Shown piece after piece: positions 26,139 through 36,233 of a stretch of 64,000 nt of DNA. The stretch spans positions 1 to 64,000 of the forward strand of contig CAWJZV010000018.1 of assembly GCA_963847445.1 (NCBI GenBank), in the 5' to 3' direction. The translations under genes and the position numbers were made by a program. The notes under the pieces were generated by a model. It had not been told where the DNA came from, did not search any database, and saw only the letters and a program-made list of their open reading frames with translations. This DNA comes from an uncultured delta proteobacterium (GTDB taxonomy: Bacteria > Desulfobacterota > Binatia > UBA9968). Numbering within the stretch: the stretch's first letter is position 1; every line of letters begins with the position of its first letter.

Positions 26139-27155
26139 TTGACGGCGGAATCGGCCGCCCCGTCCGATGGTGAACGGAAAATCCCGCTACTGACGGGACT
26201 CAACGATCCGTTCAGCTATGTCAGCGACGAACTCAATCTCGTCGAAGCGAATCTCACGCGGGCGATCCGCTCGCGCGAACAGCAACTCACCGACATCTCC
26301 GGCCATCTGATCGTCGGCGGCGGCAAACGCGTGCGGCCGATGGTGACACTCCTCGCCTACGCCGCCTTCGGCGGCAATCGGGTTCGAGACATCGTCGATA
26401 TCGCCACGGCCATCGAGTTGATTCACACCGCGACGTTGCTCCATGACGATATTATCGATGGCGCGGACACCCGCCGCGGCAAGGTTTCGGCGTATAAAAA
26501 ATTCGGCTTGAAATCGACGCTGGTCGCCGGCGACTTTTTGTTCATCAAAGCTTTTGAATTCGCCGGCAAGTTCGATGAGACCGTGGTGCAGTGGACCGCC
26601 GATGCCTGCACACTGTTGACCGAAGGCGAGATTCTGCAAAGCCATTTCAACCGCAATCGCGCCGTGACCCTTGACGACTATATCGAAATCGTCAAGCGCA
26701 AAACCGCCTCGCTATTTCACACCGGCACTAAAGTGGGCGCCTATCTCGCGGGGGCGAGCCAAGCCATGATCGACGAGACCGAACGGTACGGCCTGAACAT
26801 GGGCATCGCCTTCCAGATGGTCGACGACATCCTCGATGTGGTCGGCCACCCGGACCTTCTCGGCAAGCCGATCGGCATGGACCTGCGCGATGGCAATCCG
26901 GCGTTGCCGATCATCTTGGCGCTCAAATATAGCGATCCCGCTGTATGCGCGGCGTTCGATTGCGACACCCCGTCCGAAGCGCAAATCGATCGAGCCATAC
27001 AAGCGATCAAAAGCGGTCCGGCCATCGCCGAGGCCAAGGCCTTGGCCAAAAATGCGGCGCAGGACGCGTTAAAGTCAATTCGGAAACTCCCCCCTTCGCA
27101 GTACCGAAACGGTTTGAAAACCCTGGTTCAACTCATCATCGATCGAGACTTTTAG
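26139..27155 (+). CDS. Polyprenyl diphosphate synthase
   Basis: GGKRVRP, LLHDDIID..RRG, KTA, FQMVDDILD. Confidence 0.95.
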   Translation: MTAESAAPSDGERKIPLLTGLNDPFSYVSDELNLVEANLTRAIRSREQQLTDISGHLIVGGGKRVRPMVTLLAYAAFGGNRVRDIVDIATAIELIHTATLLHDDIIDGADTRRGKVSAYKKFGLKSTLVAGDFLFIKAFEFAGKFDETVVQWTADACTLLTEGEILQSHFNRNRAVTLDDYIEIVKRKTASLFHTGTKVGAYLAGASQAMIDETERYGLNMGIAFQMVDDILDVVGHPDLLGKPIGMDLRDGNPALPIILALKYSDPAVCAAFDCDTPSEAQIDRAIQAIKSGPAIAEAKALAKNAAQDALKSIRKLPPSQYRNGLKTLVQLIIDRDF

Positions 27156-27218
27156 AAAGCCACAACGGCTTGTGCCGGCGACTTCGCTGCGAGCCAATGC
27201 CGATTTGCGTTTCAATTC

Positions 27219-27953
27219 ATGTCCGTCCAGAGCCATCCGCGCGACCAAGCGGTTCAGGGAATGTTCGACCGGATCGCCGGCCGCTACGATCTGCTCAATC
27301 GCGTCATCAGCTTCAAGCTCGATAACTGGTGGCGCAAACAAGCGATTGAAATCCTTGTCCAAGGTAACGCGCCGCTGATCGTCGACCTCGGCACCGGCAC
27401 CGGAGATATGGTCTTTAGCGCCATGAAAAGCGCTCGAGGCAATGCCCGCATCGTCGGCCTCGATTTTTCCCTGAACATGCTGCACCTGGCGCAAGCCAAG
27501 CGCGTGCAGCAGCCGATCCGTGGGCGCACTGCGTTCGTGCAGGGCAGCGCCATGGCGTCGCCCTTCAAAAGCGCCGTCTTCGATGGCGCCATGAGCGCTT
27601 TCGTGCTGCGCAACGTATCGGATCTCGGCGGATTTTTTACCGAGGCTTATCGAGTCCTCAAGCCCGGCGGCAAGTTAGTGACTTTAGATATGTTTCCGCC
27701 GCAAAAGAATTGGTTCTCGCCGCTTTATTGCGTCTATTTTTATCGCGTGATGCCGTGGATCGGCGGCTTGCTCGCCGGCGACCGGGGTGCCTACCTCTAC
27801 CTATCCGACTCGGTGCGCCAATTTCATCCGCCCGAAGTGGTTAGCGATAAGATTCGCCGAGCCGGCTTTGCCCAGGTCACCCTGCGTAAATTCCTTAACG
27901 GTGCAGTGTGCATGCACATCGCGGAAAAAGCCCGCGGCGAAGGTTCTGCATAA
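27219..27953 (+). CDS. ubiE: Ubiquinone/menaquinone biosynthesis methyltransferase (UbiE/MenG)
   Basis: MFDRIAGRYDLLN, DLGTGTGD, LRNV, RVLKPGG, AYLYLSDS. Confidence 0.92.
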   Translation: MSVQSHPRDQAVQGMFDRIAGRYDLLNRVISFKLDNWWRKQAIEILVQGNAPLIVDLGTGTGDMVFSAMKSARGNARIVGLDFSLNMLHLAQAKRVQQPIRGRTAFVQGSAMASPFKSAVFDGAMSAFVLRNVSDLGGFFTEAYRVLKPGGKLVTLDMFPPQKNWFSPLYCVYFYRVMPWIGGLLAGDRGAYLYLSDSVRQFHPPEVVSDKIRRAGFAQVTLRKFLNGAVCMHIAEKARGEGSA

Positions 27954-27957
27954 GAAG

Positions 27958-28790
27958 ATGCAAGGTTTTTCCAGCAGCTTTTTGATTTTCTTCTACCAGA
28001 TCGCCTTGGGCGGCATGTTCGCCCTGGCCGGCACACCGTTTCACGAAATCGAGCGAGGATTTTACAAATCCACCGCCGGCGTCTTGTACTTCATCGCCCT
28101 GCTGGGATTGTGTCGGCAAGAGCGTTTTTTATTTGCAAGCTTTCAGCCAACCCATAAGCCCAGGCCTGGGCTTTGAGATATTCTTTCACAGCGCTTTCAT
28201 TACGGCGTTTACCGCTTACATGATTTCTCTCTGGGGCGAACGGCAAGTCTTTCGCGCCCGCAGTTTCGCCGCCACCGTCCTTACCGGCCTCGCCGGCTTG
28301 CTCTGCACCACCGCTAGTTTTTCCAGCGCGCCGCTACTGTCCGTGGAGAACGGTGATTTACCCGGTGGCATTTTTTCTCTCGTCGCTGCTCCTCGGCGGG
28401 GTCACGGTGGGCATGCTGATCGGCCACTGGTATTTGATCGACACCGGGCAAAGCCTGGAGCCGTTTATTCGCATTTATAAATTCTTTATCTACGCCTTGG
28501 CTGCGCAATGGCTGTTTTATCTGGTTGCCGCCCCGATCTTATATTTGGCCGGAAACGCAGCCAGTGTCACGGCACTCGATCGTCTCTGGCAACACCATTC
28601 GACGTTGCTCGTCACCCGGCTCATGGCCGGACAAATCGCGCCGCTGATTTTGTCGTGGATGATCTGGCGGACGCTGAAAATTCCCCACACGATGGCGGCA
28701 ACCGGGTTATTTTATATTGCGCTGTTGGGGGTTTTTGTCGGCGAGATTTTGGGCCGGCAGATACTCGCGCTCACGGCTCTGCCATTTTAG
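27958..28790 (+). CDS. Polytopic membrane protein, DmsC/NrfD-anchor-like (frameshifted)
   Basis: Multiple hydrophobic helices, MLIGHWYL and ATGLFY motifs. Confidence 0.55.
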
Positions 28791-28815
28791 CCAACCTGCG
28801 GCAATCGCTCGCCGC

Positions 28816-29079
28816 TTAACGATAGGTTTTTATCTTGGTCACGCGCAAGCCGGCCGAAGTCCAGCCCAGGTCGTAGCCAACCTGTTCGCCAACGCGCAAA
28901 TCAAGCGCTGACTTGACCGTGCCGACTAGATCCACCAAGTCGTATGAAAACGTCAATTCACGACCGCTCTCGGTACGCACCACGCCGGTGTTATTTGATG
29001 GAAACAACTTCGTGACCACGCCTTGGTGATACATATCACCGCGGTTTGAGAGCAACGGGTCTTTGTCTGGTTCAGCCAT
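28816..29079 (-). CDS. Hypothetical small protein, cold-shock/OB-fold-like
   Basis: GVVTKLF..GVVRTESGRELTF..LRVGEQVGYDL pattern. Confidence 0.6.
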   Translation of the reverse strand: MAEPDKDPLLSNRGDMYHQGVVTKLFPSNNTGVVRTESGRELTFSYDLVDLVGTVKSALDLRVGEQVGYDLGWTSAGLRVTKIKTYR

Positions 29080-29163
29080 TGAGGTGCGGCAAGTGGACCG
29101 GAACCGTTTGGCAAGGCGTCTTGGCGGCAACCGCCGAACAGCGGCGCAAGATTGTCAAAACGT

Positions 29164-29661
29164 TCAGGTGACGGGATGTTTTTGTTGCGCAATCCGGCCT
29201 TGTAACTCCATGAGCCCGTCCAAGACGGCCTCTGGACGTGGCGGGCAGCCGGGTACATAGACGTCAACCGGAATGATTCGGTCGATGCCTTGGACCGTCG
29301 CATAGTTGTCGTAAAAGCCGCCGCTGGCGGCGCAAGCGCCGAATGCCATTACCCATTTGGGCTCGGACATTTGCTCGTAAACTCGTTTCAGCACTGGCGA
29401 AAGCTTATGGTTGACCGTTCCAATGACCATCAAAAGATCCGCCTGTCGCGGGCTAAAGCGCGGCAATAAGGCGCCGAACCGGTCGATATCGTAGGGCGAC
29501 ATGGATAACGACATGTACTCCATGGCGCAACAGGCGGTGGCAAACGGATACGGGAACAACGAATACTTGCGCGCCCAACCCAAGGCTTTGTCCAAACGCG
29601 TCAATACCACCGAATCGGCCAGTAACCGGTCCGGGCCAAAATGCGAATCCGTCTTCGTCAT
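29164..29661 (-). CDS. nuoB: NADH-quinone oxidoreductase subunit B (stand-alone)
   Basis: ACCAME, SPRQADL, GACAASGG, DVYVPGCPPRP. Confidence 0.93.
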   Translation of the reverse strand: MTKTDSHFGPDRLLADSVVLTRLDKALGWARKYSLFPYPFATACCAMEYMSLSMSPYDIDRFGALLPRFSPRQADLLMVIGTVNHKLSPVLKRVYEQMSEPKWVMAFGACAASGGFYDNYATVQGIDRIIPVDVYVPGCPPRPEAVLDGLMELQGRIAQQKHPVT

Positions 29662-30120
29662 CGCTTGATCTGTTGGATTCAATTGACCACCTTTGCAATC
29701 TCAAATAAATTGATAACTGACGGTACTCTGTTTTTACGTTGTTGACAAATCAAGCTGACGACCGCGTCGAAGGAAAGTTGCCGAATAACTCGGGCACCAA
29801 ACCAATAAACTAATACCGCCGACATTCAAGAATGCCCAGCACAATCGCCAACAAACATTCACCCGTCACCGGCGCGCCCATCGATAGACAAATGGCTTGA
29901 GGATTTTCACCAAGTTCTGATGGATAAACCAGGCAGATCAATGTAATTGTCAAAACCTGCAATAAGGAAAAACAGCAGAGAGCCCAAGCTTGTACTAACG
30001 CCTTAAACCCACCAAGGAACGAACAAGCTTGGCCGCGATATTTTGCCAATTAGAGTCAATCTAAAAAATCACTTTATGCACATAACAAATTGAATTTATT
30101 GACATATTTCTAGATAAACC

Positions 30121-30149
30121 TTGACCTGGTGAGGCAATTCCGATATAAG
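30121..30149 (+). promoter_or_regulatory. Putative sigma70 promoter
   Basis: TTGACC-N17-TATAAG upstream of ATG 30231. Confidence 0.45.
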
Positions 30150-30230
30150 TAGCGAAGTGACAATTTCATGCTGCTGGCTAAAGATTGAGCATGACGATAA
30201 ACGGTTCAGCCCACTCCAAGAAAGCGATTA

Positions 30231-31253
30231 ATGGCTATTTACACAACAGTGACGAAAAAAGAGATACTGAACATTGTCGATGAATTCATGCTCGGCGATT
30301 TGGTTTCATTTACCGGCGTTAAAAATGGCTCCGTCAACACGCACTACCTCATCGAGACTAAAAAAGGGCGATTCTTCGCGAAAATAGATGAAGTGAAAGG
30401 CGAACTTGAGGTCAAACAGGAACTCGATTTGCTGTTGCACCTACGCAAGCAAAATTATCCTTGCCATCAACCACAGAAAACTAAGACCGGCCGATTCACG
30501 ATCGATCTACAGGGCAAGTGCTTGACCGTGACTCGCTATATCGACGGGGTCGAGCTTCCGGTCACCAGCATCACCCCCACCCACTTGACCGCTATCGGTC
30601 ACGCGTTGGCGAACCTGCATCTGCTGGGCAGAAGCTATAAAAAGGGCATCGATAATCGTTTCGGCTTCAATCGCATCGTTGGCATCTACCGCGATGTCCG
30701 GCGTCAGCTGCCGCCCCATCTAAAGAACATCATTAGAGTTCTCGACGATGAGTTCGGCTACCTGGAAAACTACTTGGACAACAACTTGCCCAAGGGAATT
30801 ATTCACGGCGACCTCTTTCCCGACAACGTGAAATTCAAAGGAAACCGTCTTACCGGTGTGATGGACTTCGAAGCTTCCTGCCGCGGCAAGCTGATATACG
30901 ACTTAGCCACCGCGGTTAACGCTCTGTGTTTCATCGAGGATCGCTACCAAATCGACCGCTTCGAAGCATTGATCGCCGGTTATGAAAGCTTACGGCCCCT
31001 GTCCCTGCCCGAATGGGATTCTTTCCCCAACGAACTGAGGTTTTCCGCCCTGCGTTTCACCGTTACTCGAATCAAGGATTTTTATCTCAAGAAAATGGAT
31101 GAAAGCCTGCGGGTGCACAAAGACTACAAAGAATTTTACGACCGATTATTAATCTTAAGGCGGGAAAAAAGCGGCGGCATGGAAGATATCTTACTGGCGA
31201 TGGCGACCGGATACGACTACCGAAAATACCAGAAATCAAAACCAGCGAAATAA
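30231..31253 (+). CDS. thrB: Homoserine kinase type II (APH-like)
   Basis: MAIYT N-terminus, GSVNTHY, LPKGIIHGDLFPDNV, DF, ALRF. Confidence 0.85.
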   Translation: MAIYTTVTKKEILNIVDEFMLGDLVSFTGVKNGSVNTHYLIETKKGRFFAKIDEVKGELEVKQELDLLLHLRKQNYPCHQPQKTKTGRFTIDLQGKCLTVTRYIDGVELPVTSITPTHLTAIGHALANLHLLGRSYKKGIDNRFGFNRIVGIYRDVRRQLPPHLKNIIRVLDDEFGYLENYLDNNLPKGIIHGDLFPDNVKFKGNRLTGVMDFEASCRGKLIYDLATAVNALCFIEDRYQIDRFEALIAGYESLRPLSLPEWDSFPNELRFSALRFTVTRIKDFYLKKMDESLRVHKDYKEFYDRLLILRREKSGGMEDILLAMATGYDYRKYQKSKPAK

Positions 31254-31282
31254 TGCCGACCCACGGCATAAGCCGTTAAAAC

Positions 31283-31657
31283 TCAAGTTTTTGAATCTTC
31301 GATTGGGCATCGCGCCGAATCAAACCAAACAACGTAACTACCGCGATCAACGATCCGATTAGGAACAATAGCCTGCCCGCCGATCAGCACGACGTAGAAA
31401 AAGTTTAGCTTTACCCGCGCGGCATTGTATTTTTCTCGACTCTCAGTCAGGCGGCGCAACACCTCTTCATTGCGCTGCTGATCGAGCTGTTGAAAATTGC
31501 GATAGGACTCTTCCAGCCCGGTATGGGCGGTTTTGAGCAGCAGGTTTTGATATTTGGCGGTCTCTACCGCACCGATAATCCAATTGCCCATGCCGAGCAG
31601 CAGGCAACCGAGTCCGGCAATCAGGAAATAATTGGAGCAGAGTTCGCGTATTTTCAT
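31283..31657 (-). CDS. Hypothetical membrane protein
   Basis: N- and C-terminal hydrophobic segments with a helical linker. Confidence 0.55.
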   Translation of the reverse strand: MKIRELCSNYFLIAGLGCLLLGMGNWIIGAVETAKYQNLLLKTAHTGLEESYRNFQQLDQQRNEEVLRRLTESREKYNAARVKLNFFYVVLIGGQAIVPNRIVDRGSYVVWFDSARCPIEDSKT

Positions 31658-31758
31658 GCCAAGTCGCGCTTCTCGAGCAACGCGGATACCCATTCAATCG
31701 CACCGAGGCGTCGCGCATTAATTTGCACTGCCAGCACGGGTAGCTTAGACTTAAGACG

Positions 31759-32487
31759 ATGAGCAGTTTCGTAATTGGCGATATCCATGGCTGTTCGGAG
31801 GAGCTGCGTCATTTGGTTGACGCCTTACCGGTTCGTCCTGGCGATGAAATGGTTTTCCTCGGCGATTACATCGACCGCGGACCCGACTCCAGCGGTGTGG
31901 TTTCGTTCCTCATTGAGCTCAAGGCGTCCCTGAGTGAGAATAAACTGGTATTTCTAAAAGGCAACCACGAGGATATGCTGCTCTCCTATTTAGAATTGAG
32001 CGGCCGACATGGCAAAATGTTTTTGCTGAATGGCGGGCGGGCCACCATGCAAAGCTATGGTTTCGCCGCCGACAACTTGTCGCCAACTCGCCTCCAGGCC
32101 GCGCTGCCGCCCGCGCATCTAGCTTTCTACCAGGCTCTGCAAAGTTATTATTTGAGCGAGCCCTACCTTTGCGTCCACGCCGGGATACATCCGCGCAAAT
32201 CCTTGCAGGAACAGACCGATGAAGAACTGCTGTGGATTCGCGAGCCGTTTCTGCACAGTTCCCATACGCTCCCATACACGATACTCTTCGGTCACACCCC
32301 TCAACACTCTGTCCTCTACCACTTGCCCTACAAAATCGGCCTCGATACCGGGTTGGTTTATGGCAATATGTTGACTTGCTTGGACACAGATGAGAAGATT
32401 CTTTACCAGATCGGCCGAGGCAAAAATCGCGTCAGTAAAACCTCCGTTCAGCAAAAGTGGAGTGCAGCTTCAACCACTTTCAAGTAG
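31759..32487 (+). CDS. Metallophosphoesterase (Ser/Thr phosphatase family)
   Basis: GDIHG, GDYIDRG, GNHE, HAG, GHTP, DTG. Confidence 0.95.
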   Translation: MSSFVIGDIHGCSEELRHLVDALPVRPGDEMVFLGDYIDRGPDSSGVVSFLIELKASLSENKLVFLKGNHEDMLLSYLELSGRHGKMFLLNGGRATMQSYGFAADNLSPTRLQAALPPAHLAFYQALQSYYLSEPYLCVHAGIHPRKSLQEQTDEELLWIREPFLHSSHTLPYTILFGHTPQHSVLYHLPYKIGLDTGLVYGNMLTCLDTDEKILYQIGRGKNRVSKTSVQQKWSAASTTFK

Positions 32488-32529
32488 GTTGATATTTTCT
32501 CCATCTCGTCATAGCTTATCGCACGGTTT

Positions 32530-32606
32530 GGCGGTGTAGCTCAGATGGTCAGAGCACGCGGCTCATATCCGCGGCGTCGACAGTTCGACTCTGTCCACCG
32601 CCACCA
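32530..32606 (+). tRNA. tRNA-Met(CAT), probably elongator
   Basis: GGCGGTG/CACCGCC stem with paired 1-72, anticodon loop CT-CAT-AT, GTTCGACT, CCA. Confidence 0.93.
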
Positions 32607-32697
32607 AATCGCCCCCCGAGAATCCGAACACTTCCAGATGATTTTGCAACTTAAGGGATTCTCGGGGGGACGTCTTTTTAGCTTGTCGCGGCAATCG

Positions 32698-33417
32698 TCA
32701 GAATTTTTCATGCCACGCCGCGCACCGGTAGCGTTCATGCATTAGGCGATCTATCCGGTCACCTGGGATCGCGCTGAAGTCCTCTTCGGCGGACCATTCT
32801 AACCGTAACGCCGCGCGCAGCTGTGCCGGGTCAACTTCCAGGTTGACCAAGAAATCGCTATGATTTCTCTGGCGGCGATAATCTGGCTGCTTAGCCGGCA
32901 TACTGAGATAACGCTCGATCAAGGAAAAGTCGTAATGCAGCAGGAACGTGCCGTGAACCAGCACATACTCACGTTTGCGGTATTGCGCGTTGCCGGAAAA
33001 TTTTCGTTCGCCGAGGGTGAGGTCGCTTTGGCCTTTGACCGACACCGGTTGGGAGGTCAGCGCTTCCAGAGAGCTGCGATGACGATCAAGAACAAAATCA
33101 AAGGCAGCTTGGACACTATCGCTGGAAAAGTTATCCTGCCGGAGAATCAGCGAGTAGTTCAAACAACCGGGGCCCTGCATTACGGTTCCGCCGCCGCTAC
33201 AACGGCGCAATACCGGAATTTCGTCGGCAGCGCAGGCGGAACTCTCGACTTCATCGCGCCATTTATTGCCATGACCGAGCACGACAAAGTATTGGACCGG
33301 TTGCCAGATGCGCAGCAACTCTTCGTTACCGCGGGCTTGTTCGAAAAATTCTAGCAAAGCTTCGTCGCAAGCAAGATTGTGCACCGCATCAGGGAAAGTT
33401 AGATCAAGATATTTCAT
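32698..33417 (-). CDS. Lipoate--protein ligase family protein
   Basis: NLACDEALL, RRCSGGGTV, KFSGNAQ, HGTFL; divergent from the PDH operon. Confidence 0.92.
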   Translation of the reverse strand: MKYLDLTFPDAVHNLACDEALLEFFEQARGNEELLRIWQPVQYFVVLGHGNKWRDEVESSACAADEIPVLRRCSGGGTVMQGPGCLNYSLILRQDNFSSDSVQAAFDFVLDRHRSSLEALTSQPVSVKGQSDLTLGERKFSGNAQYRKREYVLVHGTFLLHYDFSLIERYLSMPAKQPDYRRQRNHSDFLVNLEVDPAQLRAALRLEWSAEEDFSAIPGDRIDRLMHERYRCAAWHEKF

Positions 33418-33471
33418 ACGCTTTAGTTGATTTTACCGTAGTTTTGTTGTCTCCTGAAAATCCTGGAGCTA

Positions 33472-36198
33472 GTGCTAATGGAGTTCGAAACCAAACCCAC
33501 TGCCAACGGCAGCACCGTCATCGGCGAACAGGACAATGGCAAAGCCGCCAAGTCGGACCGTCATAAATGGGTCGCGTCGCTGGAATACATCCTGGAATCT
33601 ATCTTAAAGAACGAAGAACCGGAACAAGCCGCGCTGTTGGTCGAGGAGTTGTCCGACCGTTTGCGCCAATCCGGTCTCAAGATTCCTCTCGCAGTCAGTA
33701 CGCCCTATATCAATACGATCGCGCCGGAAAAGGAGCCACCCTATCCTGGCAACCGCGAGATCGAGCGGCGCATCAAGAGTTATGTGCGCTGGAACGCCAT
33801 GGCGATGGTGGTCAAAGCCAATCGGCTTCATGCCGATATCGGCGGCCACATTTCCACCTATGCATCGTCGGCAACGCTGTACGAGGTCGGGCAGAATCAT
33901 TTCTTCCGCGGCAGCGACGGTAGCCATCTAGGCGACATGGTTTACTTTCAAGGTCATGCCTCGCCGGGGGTCTATTCGCGCGCCTATGTCGAACGGCGCA
34001 TCGACGCGCCGAAGTTGCATCATTTCCGCCAGGAGCTCTCGAGCGTCGACGGTATTTCCTCCTATCCTCATCCTTATCTGATGCCCGATTTTTGGCAGTT
34101 CCCCACCGTATCCATGGGGCTGGCGCCGATCATGTCGATTTACCAGGCGAGGTTCGTTCGCTACCTCAAAAGCCGCGGCCTGATTAGCGGCGAGGAGCCG
34201 CGGATATTTTGTTACGCCGGCGACGGCGAGATGGATGAGCCCGAATCTTCCGGCGCGCTAACTTTGGCATCGCGGGAAAATCTCGACAATTTGGTCTGGG
34301 TGGTTAACTGCAATCTCCAGCGCCTCGACGGACCGGTGCGCGGCAATGGCAAGATTATTCAAGAACTCGAAGCACTATTTCGCGGCGCCGGTTGGAACGT
34401 CATTAAGGTAATCTGGGGCTCCGACTGGGACCCGCTGCTCGCCAAGGACGACAAAGGACTTTTACTCAAGCGCATGGAAGAGGCCGTCGACGGGGATTAT
34501 CAGAAATACTCCGTGGAGCCCGGCAGCTATTCCAGAAAGCATTTTTTCGGCAAGTATCCTGAGCTGCTCGAGATGGTCAACCACATGTCCGACGACCAGA
34601 TTCGTAAGCTTCTGCGCGGCGGCCATGATCCGATGAAAGTCTATTCCGCCTATAAAGCCGCGGTGGAACATAAAGGCGCACCGACGGTCATCCTGGCAAA
34701 AACCGTCAAAGGCTACGGACTGGGCGAAGCCGGCGAAGGCCGCAATATTACCCACCAGCAAAAGAAGTTGAACGAACGGGAGCTACGCGAGTTTCGCACG
34801 CGCTTCGATATTCCCCTGCCGGATGAAGAAGTCGTCGAAACGCCTTTTTACCGCCCGCCTCTCGACAGCCCGGAGACCCAGTATCTGTTGGAGCGGCGCA
34901 AGCAGTTGCACGGCTTCGTGCCCGAACGCAAGGTGATTGCCAAACCGTTAAACGTGCCCGCCGACTCGGAGTACACAGAGTTTTATAAGGGTTCGGGCGG
35001 CCATTCGATGTCGACCACCATGGCGGCCGTGCGTTTGCTAACCAAGCTGTTGCGCCATGAAGGCATCGGCAAGCGCATCGTGCCGATCATTCCTGACGAA
35101 GCTCGTACCTTCGGCATGGATTCCTTGTTTCGCCAGATCGGCATTTACTCTCCCAAAGGGCAGCTCTACGAACCGGTCGATAGCGAGACTTTGCTTTTTT
35201 ACAACGAAGTGAAAGATGGCCAGATTCTCGAAGAAGGCATCACTGAGGCCGGCTCCATGTCGTCGTTCATCGCCGCCGGCACCGCCTACGCCAATCTTGG
35301 CGTCAATATGGTTCCCTTCTACTTCTACTATTCGATGTTCGGCTTTCAGCGCATTGGCGATCTCATTTGGGCCGCCGCCGACAGCAAGAGCAAAGGCTTT
35401 CTGCTGGGCGCCACCGCCGGCAGGACCACGTTGAATGGCGAAGGGTTGCAGCACCAAGACGGCCATAGCCATTTGCTCGCGAGCACGATTCCGACCTTGC
35501 TGACCTACGACGCCGCCTTCGCCTACGAGATCGCCGTGATCGTCAAGGACGGTATGCGCCGGCTCTACGCCGAGGGCGAGGAAAGTTTTTACTACCTGAC
35601 GCTCTACAATGAGAGCTACGAGATGCCGGCTATGCCTGAGGGAGTTGAAGAAGGCATACTCAAGGGCCTGTACAAAGTGAAACCGGCGACCCAGGGCAAA
35701 AAATACAAAGCGCATCTGTTCGGCAGCGGCCCGATACTGCGCGAAGCATTGCGCGCCCAGGTAGTCCTGGCCGAGCAATTCGATGTCAGCGCCGATGTCT
35801 GGAGCGCGACCAGCTACAAGTTATTGCGTGGCGACGCCCTGCGCACCAAACGTTGGAACATGCTCCATCCCACGGCGGTGCCGAAGAAATCCTATCTCGA
35901 ATCAATTTTAGAGAAGGAAGATGGCGTGTTTATCGCGGTTTCCGATTATATGAAGATGGTGCCGGATCAAATCGCGCCGTGGATTCCCGGCGGATTGACG
36001 ACCCTCGGCACCGACGGTTTCGGCCGCAGCGATACCCGTGCCAACCTAAGACGATTTTTTGAAGTGGACGCCGAACTGACGACCCTTGCGACACTCTACG
36101 CATTGCACCAGAAAGAGGCGTTTCCGGCGCGAGTCGTTGAAGCAGCGATCCGCAAGCTCGGCATCGACCCGGAAAAACCATTCCCGTTCTATCTATAA
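33472..36198 (+). CDS. aceE: Pyruvate dehydrogenase E1, homodimeric
   Basis: GGHIS, FQGHASPG, SYPHP, GDGEMDEPES, CNLQRLDGPV, GEGLQHQDG. Confidence 0.97.
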   Translation: MLMEFETKPTANGSTVIGEQDNGKAAKSDRHKWVASLEYILESILKNEEPEQAALLVEELSDRLRQSGLKIPLAVSTPYINTIAPEKEPPYPGNREIERRIKSYVRWNAMAMVVKANRLHADIGGHISTYASSATLYEVGQNHFFRGSDGSHLGDMVYFQGHASPGVYSRAYVERRIDAPKLHHFRQELSSVDGISSYPHPYLMPDFWQFPTVSMGLAPIMSIYQARFVRYLKSRGLISGEEPRIFCYAGDGEMDEPESSGALTLASRENLDNLVWVVNCNLQRLDGPVRGNGKIIQELEALFRGAGWNVIKVIWGSDWDPLLAKDDKGLLLKRMEEAVDGDYQKYSVEPGSYSRKHFFGKYPELLEMVNHMSDDQIRKLLRGGHDPMKVYSAYKAAVEHKGAPTVILAKTVKGYGLGEAGEGRNITHQQKKLNERELREFRTRFDIPLPDEEVVETPFYRPPLDSPETQYLLERRKQLHGFVPERKVIAKPLNVPADSEYTEFYKGSGGHSMSTTMAAVRLLTKLLRHEGIGKRIVPIIPDEARTFGMDSLFRQIGIYSPKGQLYEPVDSETLLFYNEVKDGQILEEGITEAGSMSSFIAAGTAYANLGVNMVPFYFYYSMFGFQRIGDLIWAAADSKSKGFLLGATAGRTTLNGEGLQHQDGHSHLLASTIPTLLTYDAAFAYEIAVIVKDGMRRLYAEGEESFYYLTLYNESYEMPAMPEGVEEGILKGLYKVKPATQGKKYKAHLFGSGPILREALRAQVVLAEQFDVSADVWSATSYKLLRGDALRTKRWNMLHPTAVPKKSYLESILEKEDGVFIAVSDYMKMVPDQIAPWIPGGLTTLGTDGFGRSDTRANLRRFFEVDAELTTLATLYALHQKEAFPARVVEAAIRKLGIDPEKPFPFYL

Positions 36199-36233
36199 GC
36201 GATCTGAAAACTTAACAGCAGCGACATTTCTCC

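Noticed and set aside
29810-30049. 79-aa ORF upstream of nuoB as nuoA
   Set aside because: No NuoA motifs (YECG, FDVE) or three-TM pattern
24569-32606. tRNA genes as integration sites of an island or prophage
   Set aside because: No integrase and no duplicated tRNA 3' end seen; flanks are housekeeping genes
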